From Squalus acanthias (taxonomy: Eukaryota), in NCBI GenBank assembly GCA_030390025.1, contig CM059432.1, positions 20,710,001 to 20,774,000 on the forward strand: a DNA stretch of 64,000 nt, written 5' to 3'. The position numbers and the translations under genes were made by a program. The notes under the pieces were generated by a model that made no database searches, was not told where the DNA came from, and saw nothing but the letters and a program-made list of their open reading frames with translations. Shown here piece by piece: positions 13,615 through 25,845 of this stretch; the stretch's first letter is position 1; every line of letters starts with the position of its first letter.

Positions 13615-14052
13615 GCTAAGTGGTAGCACTCACCTCTGAGTCAGAAGATTTTGGGTTCAAGTCCCACTCCAAGACTTGCGCAAATAATCTAGGCTGACAC
13701 TTCAGTGTAGGAATGCTGTATTGTTGGAGGGACCATCTTTTGGATGAGATGTCAAATTGAGGTCCTGTCTACCTGTCCAGTTGGATGCAAAAGATCCCGT
13801 GGAATGACTTGACAAAGAGCAGTGAGTTCTCTTGGCGTTCTGTTCAATATTCATCCCTCAACCAACACCACCAAAACACATTAACTGGCGGCTTATCTCA
13901 TTTATGGTTTATGGGATCTTGCTATGTACAATTGGCTGCCAAATTTACCAACAAAGCATCAATGACTACACTTTAAAAATAAGCAACTTATTAGCTATGA
14001 AGTGCTTTGGAACATCCTGACTACATAAAAGACACTATATAAATGCAAATTC
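13615..14052 (+). mobile_element. DeuSINE (SacSINE1-like)
   Basis: tRNA head (TGGTAGCACT...GGGTTCAAGTCCC), Deu-type body (AGGCTGACACTTCAGTG), L2-type tail CTATATAAATGCAA. Confidence 0.8.
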
Positions 14053-14716
14053 TTCCCATTTTAATTTATTCTGATCCATAAGTTAGTAGCTCTGTGTCAC
14101 ACATTGTATTTATCACACATTACAATAATTGAAAGGTTTTTGTTTAAAAATTTACAATGCCCTTTCCTTTTCAGTTTGAGCAAAATTAAGGGTAGTGGGT
14201 AAAGGCTGGAAATGGTAATAATATAGATCTGACTTCAGTCCCATGGACAGAGGCACATGTAACCTGGGTGCGAACCAATTACGTGGCTTAAAAGATTGCA
14301 GAATTATTGGTGAGTTACGCACGTAACTACAATTCACCCAAACCTCATCCATCTTTTTTTGGCCATCTATCGATCCCTCCGCCCGAATGCATTTCCACCC
14401 ATAAACCTGGCCGTAGCCCCAAGATACAGAGCCTTGTATATGAGTTTCCTGAAATTGGTCTTGCTCTGAGGTTCTCTTAAAATTACGACTAGATTTTCAG
14501 ATGCAGCAGAAAGTAAATGTCATTTTTCGAGTGTTTTATTGTAATTTTTTTTTTAGTGGTTTTTGAAAAATGTATCCTCGCTGAGACCTGCACTGTATTT
14601 TCTGGTTCTTTTAAGGGCCGAGATCAGTTTGTAGAGGTGCCTGCGAGAATAGGGCTTCAAAACTCAAAATGAACTTGGGAGCAAATGATGGATTATGAAT
14701 TTAATGAAGGAGACCA

Positions 14717-15505
14717 TTTGTGCATGAGTTAAAACCAAGAGTGTAATTGGATGCGAGCATTTAGTAATAAATTAACACAACGACTAATGGCGGGGAGTTC
14801 ATTTAGTAATAAGCTAAGAGGGAGGATGTAACTATGTGTGGAGAGAATCATTTAGTAATGTCTTAAGACAAAGTCTATGGCTGGGGAGGAGGGGCTTGAA
14901 GTCATAATTACCTGAGCCAAAGCGTTTAACAAGGGTTGGTCCTTTAACAAGGGTCTTCAACAGGGTGTAATTTAGTCATGAGATAAGACTGGGAGTAAGA
15001 GTTGGATGGGGGGCATTTTGTAATGAACTAAGCCAAAGACTGATGATAGCAGACCAATTAATATTGAGAGAGAGAAAGTAATGGTTGGGGATATTTAGTA
15101 ATGATATGCAGTGTAACTCTGGGGAGAATGGTCATTTAATAATGACCTAAGAGAGAAGGCGTAGCTGTAAATAGTCAGTTCATAGTGAGCTGAGATAAAG
15201 TGTGTAACTGGAGTGGGATCATTTATAATGATATACAACTCAGAGTGTAATGGGGGATCATTTAGGTAATAACCTAAAACAGAGAGTAATGGTGGGGGAC
15301 ATCATTTAGTAATGAGCTAAGACAGAGGATGCAATTGTGTGGAGTCATTTAGTAATGATCTACAACACAGCTTGTAATGGGGCATTATTTAGTTATGAGC
15401 TAAGACAAAGGGCATAATTACGGGGAGTAATTTAGTAATGAGATAAGAGAGAGAATGTTACTGTGGAGCTAAAAGCTCAGAGAGAGACTATAACTATTAT
15501 ATGGG
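14717..15505. repeat. Degenerate minisatellite, ~17 units of ~37-55 bp
   Basis: Recurrent CATTTAGTAATGAGCTAAGA core at e.g. 14758, 14800, 14849, 15133, 15259, 15303, 15346, each followed by a variable purine-rich segment. Confidence 0.85.
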
Positions 15506-15789
15506 GCTGCTAAATTCAAGAGATGAATTCCAATAAAATTGCCTTCTGATCACAGTAAAACTGACTTAATCATTTTTAAAGTGTGTGATAAATACTGAAC
15601 CAAACACAAGCAATGACTGTTGCAGCATTCAAACACCTCCCCTCACCACATGATGCATTCAGGAAAGACATCAACATTGAAAAATACTTGGCAAAGATGT
15701 CCTTATGACGGACATTGCTGGAAGCCAAGATACTGGTGCCATGATTAATGATCATATTTATTTAGGAATTTAAAGTAATTGTTATTCTC

Positions 15790-17390
15790 TCACTGTACCT
15801 CCTGCAATCCTCTCCAACCTGGACATCTGGATGATCCAGCCTCTATCAGAGCCACCCAGCTTCCAGACTTCTGTCATCTACTAGTTGATGCTGTGAAGGC
15901 TGCTTGGATAGGTTTTCTCCCCTCTGTAGCCCAACACTTTAACTACTTGTGTATTATACACAAGGACTTCACCAGAACCAGGGTATGGAATGAATCGGCT
16001 GATTAACACTTGCTTTTCCAAATTTTCTTATGTTTTTCATTCAGTGTATTTGTGCAAATGCCAACAGAGGCTTGGATATAACCTTGGGTTCCTATTCCAT
16101 GCATCTGTATGTTACCAGGCAGATTGGGAAATTTGACCTGCGAGATTACATGAAAACCTATAAACTGTATGTTTCACAAAGAAATCTATGAAACTTGCTG
16201 TATGCTCTGAGGGGGCAGGTTCAGAACAGATTTAGTTATGTGCTGAAGGAGTTCATATTCCTGGGAGATTTCCTAAAAGACCAAATTTTAAGTATTACAG
16301 TTGCATCTTCATCGGTTGCTGAGGAGCTTGCAACTTTTTGGGCTTTCCCCTCAACCTTTTTTTTCAAGCTACTAAGATTAATGCTTACTGGCAATCTAGC
16401 ATTGTGTAAGGTTTTACATTTCTTTATTGGTGACTTGTCTTTCTTAGCTTGTATACTAGCCAACTTAAAAAGTTGCTCAATTTGCTGTAATTGAGTTTCC
16501 TTGGTGTTATGGAAGCCTAATAATGTACTCAAACATAAGGCAGAATGGAGCTGGTCCAGTGCCTTCAAGCAATTGTCTACCTATGCCATAGTTGTCCTAT
16601 AAAGTTGAGCCAATTTATAGAAGCATTGTCCACTGGGATAATCAAACCCTGCAGTTGATATTTGTTTGAAATTGAGCTGAGTAGGCTGAGTCGAAAGCAA
16701 AATACTGTGGATGCTGGAAATCTGAGATAAAAACATGAAAATGCTGGAAATGCTCAGCAGGTCAGGCAGCATCTGTGGAGAGAGAAACAGAGTTAACATT
16801 TCAGGTTGGTGACGTTTCACCAGAACTGGTCTATTTTTATATTAGTAGGTTGAGTTACTATCTTCAAAATGACTCGAGATGATGGTATGCACAAATCAAT
16901 ACCATGATTAGCCCCATGTAATGTACCAAAACATTATAGCTTGGGATGAACCAAAGAACCAACACAATTAATCTGAAACTGCAGTGAAGATGAACCAGTC
17001 CCACTGGCACTGACATCAAATGTTATGTTTTAAGATCGCCTTTGAAATCCCATCCTATATGTGGTTATTTTTGGACACCATAATCTCAGCTTTTGAGCCT
17101 TTTGCAATGACAGGAATCTCTTATGGAAGAACATTTTATATGTAAGGCTTGCTTGCAGTTCTGTGCAGAGAATATCAAGTGTGACTAGTATAATGGATCA
17201 AATTAGGCAAGAATGAATGAGCTTAGGCAGCTATTATGTTCAGCATCTCATACAACTCGTCTCTAGAATCTTTTAAATCAAGGGTACACTGTAGATGCAA
17301 CGTGCTTCAATATCCAGGAATGGGTGACTTGGCAAAGGAAATAGTTTGAGGCTGAGAAGCTGATCTGGTGCATTAATAGCTTTATGTACC
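15790..17390 (-). pseudogene. Unidentified decayed coding-like region
   Basis: After removing the 16692-16843 insertion, one frame runs ~17020 to 16236 with only two internal stops; no family recognised. Confidence 0.35.
16692..16843. mobile_element. Penelope-type pseudo-LTR fragment (second family)
   Basis: AAATACTGTGGATGCTGGAAATCTGA...CAGCAGGTCAGGCAGCATCTGTGGAGAGAGAAACAGAGTTAAC; TSD AGTAGG(C/T)TGAGT at 16680-16691 and 16844-16855. Confidence 0.65.
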
Positions 17391-17524
17391 TGTTAAGAGA
17401 AACTATTTAGATATTCCTAACATTGAAATAGTTATTATACAATTAATTTTAGGTGCCAAAATTATTTTTTGGATCAATGCCATCACTTGAGTTGATTCTA
17501 AAAGGACCGAATGCACATAAGTCC

Positions 17525-17912
17525 TATTCCAGAGCCTTGAGCACCAAATCTAGGCTGACACTTCAGTGCAGTACTGAAGAAGTGCTGTAATGTCTGAGGT
17601 GGTGTCTTTCAGATAAGATGTTAAACTGAGGCCCCGTCTGCTCTCTCAGATGGAAGTAAAAGATTCCCATGGCACTATTCGAAGAAGAGCAGAGGAGTTC
17701 TCTCTGCTGTCCTGGCCAATATTTATCCTAGAACCAACACCTAAAATAAAAGATCTGGTCATTTATCTCATTGCTGTTTGTGGGACCTTGCTGTGTACAA
17801 ATTGGGTGCCATGTTTGCTACATTACTACAGTGCCTACACTTCAAAAGTACTTCATTGATTGTAAAGCACTTTGGGATGTCCTGAGGTCATGAAAGGCAC
17901 TATATAAATGTA
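17525..17912 (+). mobile_element. DeuSINE (SacSINE1-like), 5' truncated
   Basis: Homologous to 13615-14052. Confidence 0.8.
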
Positions 17913-19058
17913 ATTATTTTTTTTTTCCTTTTTAATAACCAGGAATTAATGTCACTTGGAAGCATTGAGAATTTCTATGTGCTTGAGGGAGCAATTAAAC
18001 AGAAGAAATAACTAAGAGCCTGATGAAGTATTGTGTCAATAACAAATTACTTTGATGTGAAAAGGTTGTATCTTAAAAAGACAACAAAAGTCAATTTTAA
18101 ATGAAATTTTTCAAATTTGATCATTTTTATAACAGTGATGATGGATAAATTAGGAAATATGAAATGAGAAGCAATGTAGAAAATATATTGGCCCAAGGAA
18201 TTTTCCAGTGGGGCTAGGTGAGAGTCACAACAGATCATAAAAGATCCGATAGAGCAAGAAAAAAGAAATTAAAAAACCAACAATGGAAATGGCAATATAA
18301 GCACCCTGTTGTCACTCATAAGTTAAGGAACATTAAAAAGCAAGGAAAAGCTGTATCATCCCATCAAGTTCATTCCTTCCACTGATCACATACAAACCAC
18401 TTTATAAACAACTGTTCCCAATCTATTTCATTCCCACAGCAATGCAGTTTTTCTCTGTTTCTCCAGACATAAAGCAAACAAAATTCCATAATAGCTACCT
18501 AAACTTACATCCTACATTATAACACCCTTCACCAGTACTTTACTTGATATGATGCTCTAAGGTGCCAGTGGCTCAGGAACCATCTTGTTCCAAACAACAT
18601 TGGCTCAGAAATGGCTTGAAAAATACTGGTGAATTAACGGCACCCTGCCATTAATAGTTTGTAAAACATCTCGTAGTTTGTGGCAAAGAAGAGATACGCC
18701 ATGAGTTCTGATTCTCCACAAATTGCTGGACGATTTGTGCTGCTCCGCCGTTAACTTCTACAAAATTGCAATCTCGCCGTGAGCCTCCCCATTGAAATTA
18801 ATTGCAAGTCATTAAATTGCTGGATTTATACTGTTAATGCAAATTAATCTCACCACAGCCATTTAGAGCTGGTAATTCATGTCAAAAGGAGCCAGTTAAT
18901 GGGTCATTTATGGTCCTGACATGCCATTCAACCTTGAAGACTAAGAAAGGGAATAATTAATCTGTGGAGTCACACTCCCGCAGGTAGTAAATTGTTCCTA
19001 GAGGGTTTTAAAAACTTTAAATCCATTTTAGCAGTATTTCTGTGCCAGTCTAAACAGA

Positions 19059-22000
19059 GAGCAAGTAGAAATAAATGGGTATGATCTGATAGCCATTAAA
19101 GAGACGTGGTTGCATGGTGACCAAGGCTGGGAACTGAATATTCAGGGGTATTTGACATTTTGGAAGGATAGACAGAAAGGAAAAGGAGGTGGGGTAGCTC
19201 TGTTAATAAAGGATGAGATCAGTGCAGTAGTGAGAAATGATCTTGGCTCAGACGATCAAGATGTAGAATCAGTTTGGGTGGAGATAAGAAATAATAAGGG
19301 AAAGAAGTCACTGGTGGGAGTAGTCTATAGGCCCCCTAACAGTAGCTACACTGTAGGACAGAGTATAAATCAAGAAATAATGGGGGCTTGTAAGAAAGGT
19401 ACTACAATAATCGTGGGTGATTTTAATCTTCATACAGATTGGACAAAACAAATTAGCAAAGGTAACCTTGGGGATGAGTTAATAGAGTGTACTCAGGACA
19501 GTTTCTTAGAACAATAAGTTCTGGAACCAACCAGGGAAGGCTATTTTAGATATGGTAATGTATAATGAGACAGGATTGATTAATGATCTCATAGTAAAGG
19601 ATCCTCTAGGGAAGAGTGATCATAACATGATAGAATTTCACATTCAGGTTGAGGGTGAGAAACATGGGTCTGAAACTAGTGTCTTAAACTTAAATAAAGG
19701 CAATTACAACGGGTAAGAAGACAAAGTTGGCTATAGTGGACTGGGAAAATAGATTAAAAGTTAAGACGGTAGATAAGCAGTGGCAGACTTTTAAGGAGAT
19801 ATTTCATAACTCCCAACAAAGATATATTCCAGTGAGAAAGAAAGACTCTACGATGAACCATCTAACTAAGGAAGTTAAGGAGGGTATCAAATTGAAAGAA
19901 AAGGCATACAATGTTGCGAAGATTAGTGCTAGGCCAGAAGATTGGGAAATTTTTAGAAACTTGCAAAGGATGACTAAAAAAATAATAGAGGGAGAAAATA
20001 GATTATGACAGTAAACTAGCAAGAAATATAAAAACAGACAGTAAGAGCTTCTACAAGTATATAAAAAGGAAGAGAGTAGCTAAAATAAACATTGCTCCCT
20101 CAGAGGATGAAACTGGGGAACTAATAATGGGAAACAAGGAAATGGCTGAGACTTTGAACAAATATTTTGTATCTGTCTTCACAGCAGAAGACACTAAAAG
20201 CATCCCAATAATAGTGGAAAATCAAGGAGCAAAAGGGAGGGAGGAACTTAAAACAATCATTATCACTGGAGAAAAAGTACTAGGCAAACTAACGGGACTA
20301 AAGACTGACAAGTCCCCTGGACCTGATGGCCTACATCCCAGGGTCTTAAAAGAAGTGACTGCAGAAATAGTGGATGCATTGGTTGTAATCTTCCAAAATT
20401 CCCTAGATTCTAGAAAGGTCCCAGCGGATTGGAAAAGCGTAAATATAATGCCCTGATTCAAGAAAGGAGGGAGACAGAAAGCAGGAAACTATAGGTCAGT
20501 TAGCCTAACATCTGTCACTGGGAAAATGCTGGAATCCATTACAGGAAACTTTCGTTTATCCGGCACCCAAATATCCGGAATTCTCGCTTAACCGGCAAAA
20601 ATCATCCTCCGAAAACTCCTCTCAAATAACCGGCAATGTTGCCGAGTCGCAGTCGAATCTCTGCGAACGCCGAGTGCTCCGAAAAATCCTCTCAAATAAC
20701 CGGCAATGTTGCCGATCCCGAGTCCGAGTCAGAGTCCGCGAACGCCGATTTAGTCAGTAGGGGTACTTTTCAAAAGTGCCACTATTCGGCCTCCTGGCGC
20801 TGTTGCAAGTCCGAAACATTGCAGTAGCATGAGTAGATTCTCCCGTGCTGCTTGGAGTCTCTTTGTTAAAAATAGCCTCGGTAGATATAACTCTCTGTTA
20901 TCCGGTACTTTCGATAAACCGGCACCACGCCGGTCCCGTCGATGCCGGATAAACGAAAGTTTCCTGTATTAAGGAAGTAATAGCAGGACACTTAGAAAAT
21001 CATAATACAATCAAGCAGAGTCAACATGGTTTTATGAAAGGGAAATCGTGTTTGACAAATTTATTAGAGTTCTTTGAGGATGTAACGAGTAGGGTGGATA
21101 AAGGGGAACCAGTAGATGTAGTGTATTTGGATTTCCAAAAGGCAGTCGAAAAGGTGCCACATAAAAGGTTACTGCACAAGATAAGAGCTCATGGTGTTGG
21201 GGGTAATATATTAGCATGGATAGAGGATTGGCTAACAAACAGAAAACAGAGAGTCGGGATAAATGGGTCATTTTCAGGTTGGAAAACTGTAACTAGTTGG
21301 GTGCCACAGGGATCGGTGCTGGGGCCTCAACTATTTATAATTTATATTAATGACTTGGATGAAGGGACCGAGTGTACTGTAGCCAAATTTGCTGACAATA
21401 TAAATAAATCAAGTTGTGAGGAGGACACAAAGAGTCTGCAAAGGAATATAGATAGGTTAAGTGAGTGGGCAAAAATTTGGCAGATGGATTATAATATGGG
21501 AAGTTGTGAGGTTATCCACTTTGGCAGAAAGAATAGAAAAGCAAACTATTATTTAAATGGAAAGAGACTACAGAATGCTGCGTTACAGAGGGATCTGGGG
21601 GTCTTCGTACATGAAACACAAAAAGCTAGCAAGTAATTAGGAAGGCAAATGAAATGTTGGCCTTTATTGCAAGGGGGATGAAGTATAAAAGAAGGGAAGT
21701 CTTGCAACAACTGTACAGGGCATTGGTGAGACCACACCGAGAACACTGCGTACAGTTTTGGTCTCCTTATTTAAGGAGGGATATACTTGCATTGGAGGTA
21801 GTTCAGAGAAGGTTCACTAGGTTGATTCCTGGGATGAAGGGGTTATCTTATGAGGAAAGGTTGAGCAGGTTGGCCTATACTCATTGGAGTTTAGAAGAAT
21901 GAGAGGTGATCTTATTGAAACATATAAGATTCTGAGGGGATTGGACAGGGTAGATGCTGAGTGGATGTTTCCCCTCGTGGGGGAATCTAGAGATTGGGGG

Positions 22001-22297
22001 CATAGTTTCAGAATAAGGGGTCGCCCATTTAAGACGGAAATGAGGAGGAATTTCTTCTCTCAGAGGGTCATGAACCTTTGGAATTATCTACCCCAGAGAG
22101 CTGTGGAGGCTGAGTCATTAAATATATTCAAGGCTGAGATAGACAGATTTTTGAACTACAGGGGAGTCAAGGGTTATGGGGAACAGGCAGAAAAGTGGAG
22201 TTGAGGCCAAGATCAGATCAGCCATGATCTTATTGAATGGCGGAGCAGGCTCGAGGGGCCGAATGGCCAGCTCCTGCTCCTATTTCTTACGTTTTTT
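19059..22297 (+). mobile_element. CR1 LINE, near-complete ORF2, decayed
   Basis: EN (VVYRPP, GDFNLH) and RT (PQGSVLGP, FADN) ORF pieces; 3' tail; interrupted at 20542-20966. Confidence 0.95.
20542..20966. mobile_element. Tc1/mariner (pogo/Tigger-like) MITE
   Basis: Perfect 24-bp TIR CAGGAAACTTTCGTTTATCCGGCA; TA TSD at 20540-20541 and 20967-20968. Confidence 0.92.
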
Positions 22298-22669
22298 GTC
22301 TTGCTATCCACACTCTCTTAGTGTCAGAAGGCAATAATTTTCTGTATGCAAAGCTGTTTCGATACTCAGAAATGTAAATTAGATAGATTTATTTCAGAAA
22401 CAAACATTTTTGGATACAGTATATGAGTAATTTGAGACATGACGTGGTAAATATAGTAGGCTTGGGAGGAAAAAGTTGACATTGGACCTACAATTCCCAA
22501 AGCTCTCCACCACCGGGGTTTTCCTCACCTCATGTTTGGGTCTATTGTAGAGTCATTCAAAGAGATTGATTGCTAAAATTAGTTAACAGCTCTAGTATCA
22601 TTGTATCATGCAACTACCAGGATGGTAGAAATGAGCTAGATGGATTTTGGTCTTTTTTCTCCATCACCA

Positions 22670-23260
22670 AGACTGCCTACTTCAGCTCATCTGCTGCTGA
22701 AACCCTCATCCATACCTTTTTTATCTCTAAATTCGACTATTCCAATGCTCTCCTGGCCGGCCTCCCACCGTGTGCTCTCTGTAAACTTGAGCTCATCCAA
22801 AACTCTGCTGCCTGTATTCTAACTCGCATCAAGTCTCGTTTACCCATTACCCCTGTGCTCGCAGACCCATATCAGCTCCCGGTGCAGCAACACCTCAAAT
22901 TCTCATCCTTGTTTTCAAATCCCTCCATGGCCTTGCCCTACCCTATCTCTGTAACCTCCTCCAGCTCTACAGTCCACCGAGATCTCTGCACTCTTCCAAT
23001 TCTGGCCTCTTGCGCATCCACGATTTTCTTCGCTCCACCATTGGCGGCCGTGCTTTAGCTGCTTCGGCCCGAAGCTCAGTAATTCCTTTCCTAAACCTCT
23101 CCGCCTCTCTATCTCTTCTCCTTTAAGACATTCCTTAAAATCTACCTCTTTGACCAAGCTTTTGGTCACCTGTCCTAATATCTCCTTATGTGGCTCAGTG
23201 TCAAATTTTGTTTGATAATTGCTCCTGTGATGTTCCTTGGGACGCTATATAAATGCATGT
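22670..23260 (+). mobile_element. L2 LINE 3' fragment
   Basis: AETLIHTFFISKFDYSNALLAGLP...KLELIQNSAACILT; tail CGCTATATAAATGCA. Confidence 0.9.
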
Positions 23261-23908
23261 TACTGTTTTTCATCTCTCAATTCCACTGTTCCTGATCATG
23301 ATGAGCATGCTGGTTCAATACTTCAGGGTTCAAGAATGTTTGTACATTTTGCACACCTACCCTGCCAATCACTCATAACTTCTCAAGGACCAATACAACA
23401 ATTCACAAAAACAACTAGGTTACAATGTCTTTCTTTTCTGTTTGTTCATCTAAATGTTTTTCTTACTTTTTCTTTCTGTCTCTTTTTTTCTCTCTCTTAA
23501 TCTATTCTCTCTCTTTCCCTCGCTATTTCTCTTTCTGTCTCTATCTTGACTAATTTACTCTATTTCCTTCTCCATTGTTTGCTCTATTTATTTCTCTATT
23601 CTTTACTTTCTTTGGCTAAGGAGATAGACCATCGGGCTTGACATTCATGAGGTCCCAGATGCAACATTGAATTCGCTGAGCCATTATCAATTCGCATTTC
23701 TAGCAATTTGTGGCCTAAATATAGTGCGATCTGAAGGGTGAGTTAAAAAGTCCAGTTCACGTGTCGCTTGCCACGAGATGCAACAATCTAGAAATCTCTG
23801 GGCCATTATCTCTAGTTATCCTGAGAGCTTTCAATCTGATTTCTAAGTAGAGATTCACCCAGTGCAGTTTCAAAAATGTTAATTCACACCGCATTAATTG
23901 CTTTAGTT

Positions 23909-24592
23909 ATCATAGAATCATAGTATCATAGAAACTGACAGCACAGAAGGAGGCCAATCGTGCCTGTGCTGCCTCTTTGAAAGAGCAGTCGTGGATGGTC
24001 GCACATCCCCGCAGTTTGTCCGTAACCCTGTCAGTTCCTCATCCTCAAGTATCTGTCCAACTCCCTTTTAAAATTATTTATTGGATCAGCTTCCACCACC
24101 TTTTCAGGTAGAGCGTTCCAGATCCGAAAATTCTGAGTGAAAAAAAATCTCCTCATCTTCCCTCTAGATCTTTTGCCAGTAATTTTGAATCTATGACCTG
24201 TAGTTATTGAATCACTCGCCAGAGGGAATATTTTTTCTCTGTTTACTCTATCAAAACCCCTCATCATCTTGAAAACCTCTATTAGGCCACCTCTTAACCT
24301 TCTCTGTTCCAAGGAGAACAGTCCCAACTTCTCCAACCTCTCCTCATAACTGAAGTCCCTCACCCCTGGTAACATCTTGGTAAACCTTCTCAGCACCCTT
24401 TCTAATGCCTTTGCATCTTTCCTGAAGTGTGGTGCCCAGAATTGTCCACACTATTCCTGCTGAGGCCTAACCAGTGATTTATAAAGTTCTCTAGTTATAA
24501 ACCCAAGTAAGCCATAAGCCTTTTTAACCACCTTATCAATTTGCCCTGCCACCTTGAAGGATCTATGTATATGGATACCAAGTTCTCTCTGT
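23909..24592 (-). mobile_element. CR1 3' fragment (TTCTATGA-tail subfamily)
   Basis: ORF 24031-24396 SYEERLEKLGLFSLEQRRLRG; ATCATAGAATCATAG tail on +. Confidence 0.9.
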
Positions 24593-24596
24593 TCAT

Positions 24597-24830
24597 TCAG
24601 GGGTGCTACAATTGGCTTCAGCAACACGAGCAGAATGAAACAATATGGATTCCTTCTGATTGGCATTCATTGAAACTAGAAAATGTATGTGTGTGGATGC
24701 TGGGTGAGGACAGGATCAGGTTCGATTGCAATGCCCTTTACAGTCAAATTGAATCTTGACGCATACTGCCGAAGTGAAGGATGGCCACTTGGGCAAGGTA
24801 CTGGAGGACAGCCATTAACTCCATGCCATT
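24597..24830 (+). mobile_element. Ancient SINE fragment (AmnSINE2-like, tentative)
   Basis: GGGGTGCTACAATTGGC...GTGTGGATG...GTGAGGACAGGAT...ATGGCCACTTGGG; related copies elsewhere in the window. Confidence 0.55.
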
Positions 24831-24904
24831 AGACTGCCATAATGCACATCAGTTGCGCATTATGGCAGCAATATGTAAAATCTAGAGGAAGCAACGCAGC
24901 CATT

Positions 24905-25218
24905 CACCAAGGTTACTTTGACCGCACCTCCCTCCCCTGTGACCTCTACTGTAGACAAGGACAAAAGCAGCAATGTAATGGGGGACACCATCACCCTCAA
25001 GTTCCGCTCCAACTCACACACCAACCTAATTTTGACAAATATCACCATTCCTTCATCGTTGCTGGGTCAGTATTCCGAAATTCCCTAACTGATACCACTG
25101 GGGAAACATCATCCAGACAAGGATGGCAGTGGTACAAGAAGGTGGCCCACCACCACCTTTGCAGGGCAACCTGGGAAATAAATGCGACCTTCCCCACATG
25201 ACGAGAACAATTCAAAAA
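24905..25218 (+). mobile_element. 3' fragment of the same LINE family as 26566-29988
   Basis: TTCCTTCATCGTTGCTGGGTCA...AAGAAGGTGGCCCACCACCACCTT matches 29798-29910. Confidence 0.75.
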
Positions 25219-25671
25219 ACTATATAGAGCCATATTCCAGTAAAAATCTGCGGCCTCAGTCGGTGAGGAAGGAAAAGGGGGGAAAATTGGGGTGGGGGGG
25301 AGCGGCTGGGGAGAGGGAAGTGAAAGCTAAATGAATGCTGTGTTGAAATCTAGTTAATTCAAAGCTGGGAAGAAGCAGGGATCTTGCTTTTGAATCTTGG
25401 ATTACTTAGTATTCTACACCATTTGCTGCATGACTTTCCTTGTGAAATCTCAGATTAATTGTCTGTTCCCTTAGCTATTACCAAATCTGTTTCTGTACTA
25501 ATCAGGTATCTGTGATCACTCAGCTAGCAAGTTCTTCAAGAGCGATTAAAATTTTCCATTACCAGTTGAACTGCCGAGTCACTTTCAATTTTCTACTGTA
25601 GTTTCACACTGTATCATGAAATGCCATTTAAACTGTATATGTTCTGCTCCACATGAACTAAAAATGGAAGT

Positions 25672-25845
25672 AAAAGAAAGACTTGCACTCCATTCATGAC
25701 CTCGGGACATCCCAAAGTGCTTTACACAAGTATTTTTGAAGTGCAGTCACTGTAGGAAACACAGCAGCCAATGTGTGCACAGCAAGCTCCCACAAATAGC
25801 AATGGATAATGACCAGATAATCTGGTTATTTTAGGTGTTGGTTGA
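25672..25845 (-). mobile_element. DeuSINE 3' fragment
   Basis: GGGACATCCCAAAGTGCTTTACA...GCAGCCAATGTGTGCACAGCAAG. Confidence 0.75.

Larger units (their letters stand above)
18602..23804. mobile_element. Harbinger-type TIR element expanded by nested insertions
   Basis: GGCTCAGAAAT / ATCTCTGGGCC termini with ATT/ATT TSD; arms approx. 18602-19030 and 23450-23804. Confidence 0.55.

Noticed and set aside
14717..15505. CRISPR array
   Set aside because: Repeats are highly degenerate, linkers resemble each other, there are no cas genes and the context is vertebrate
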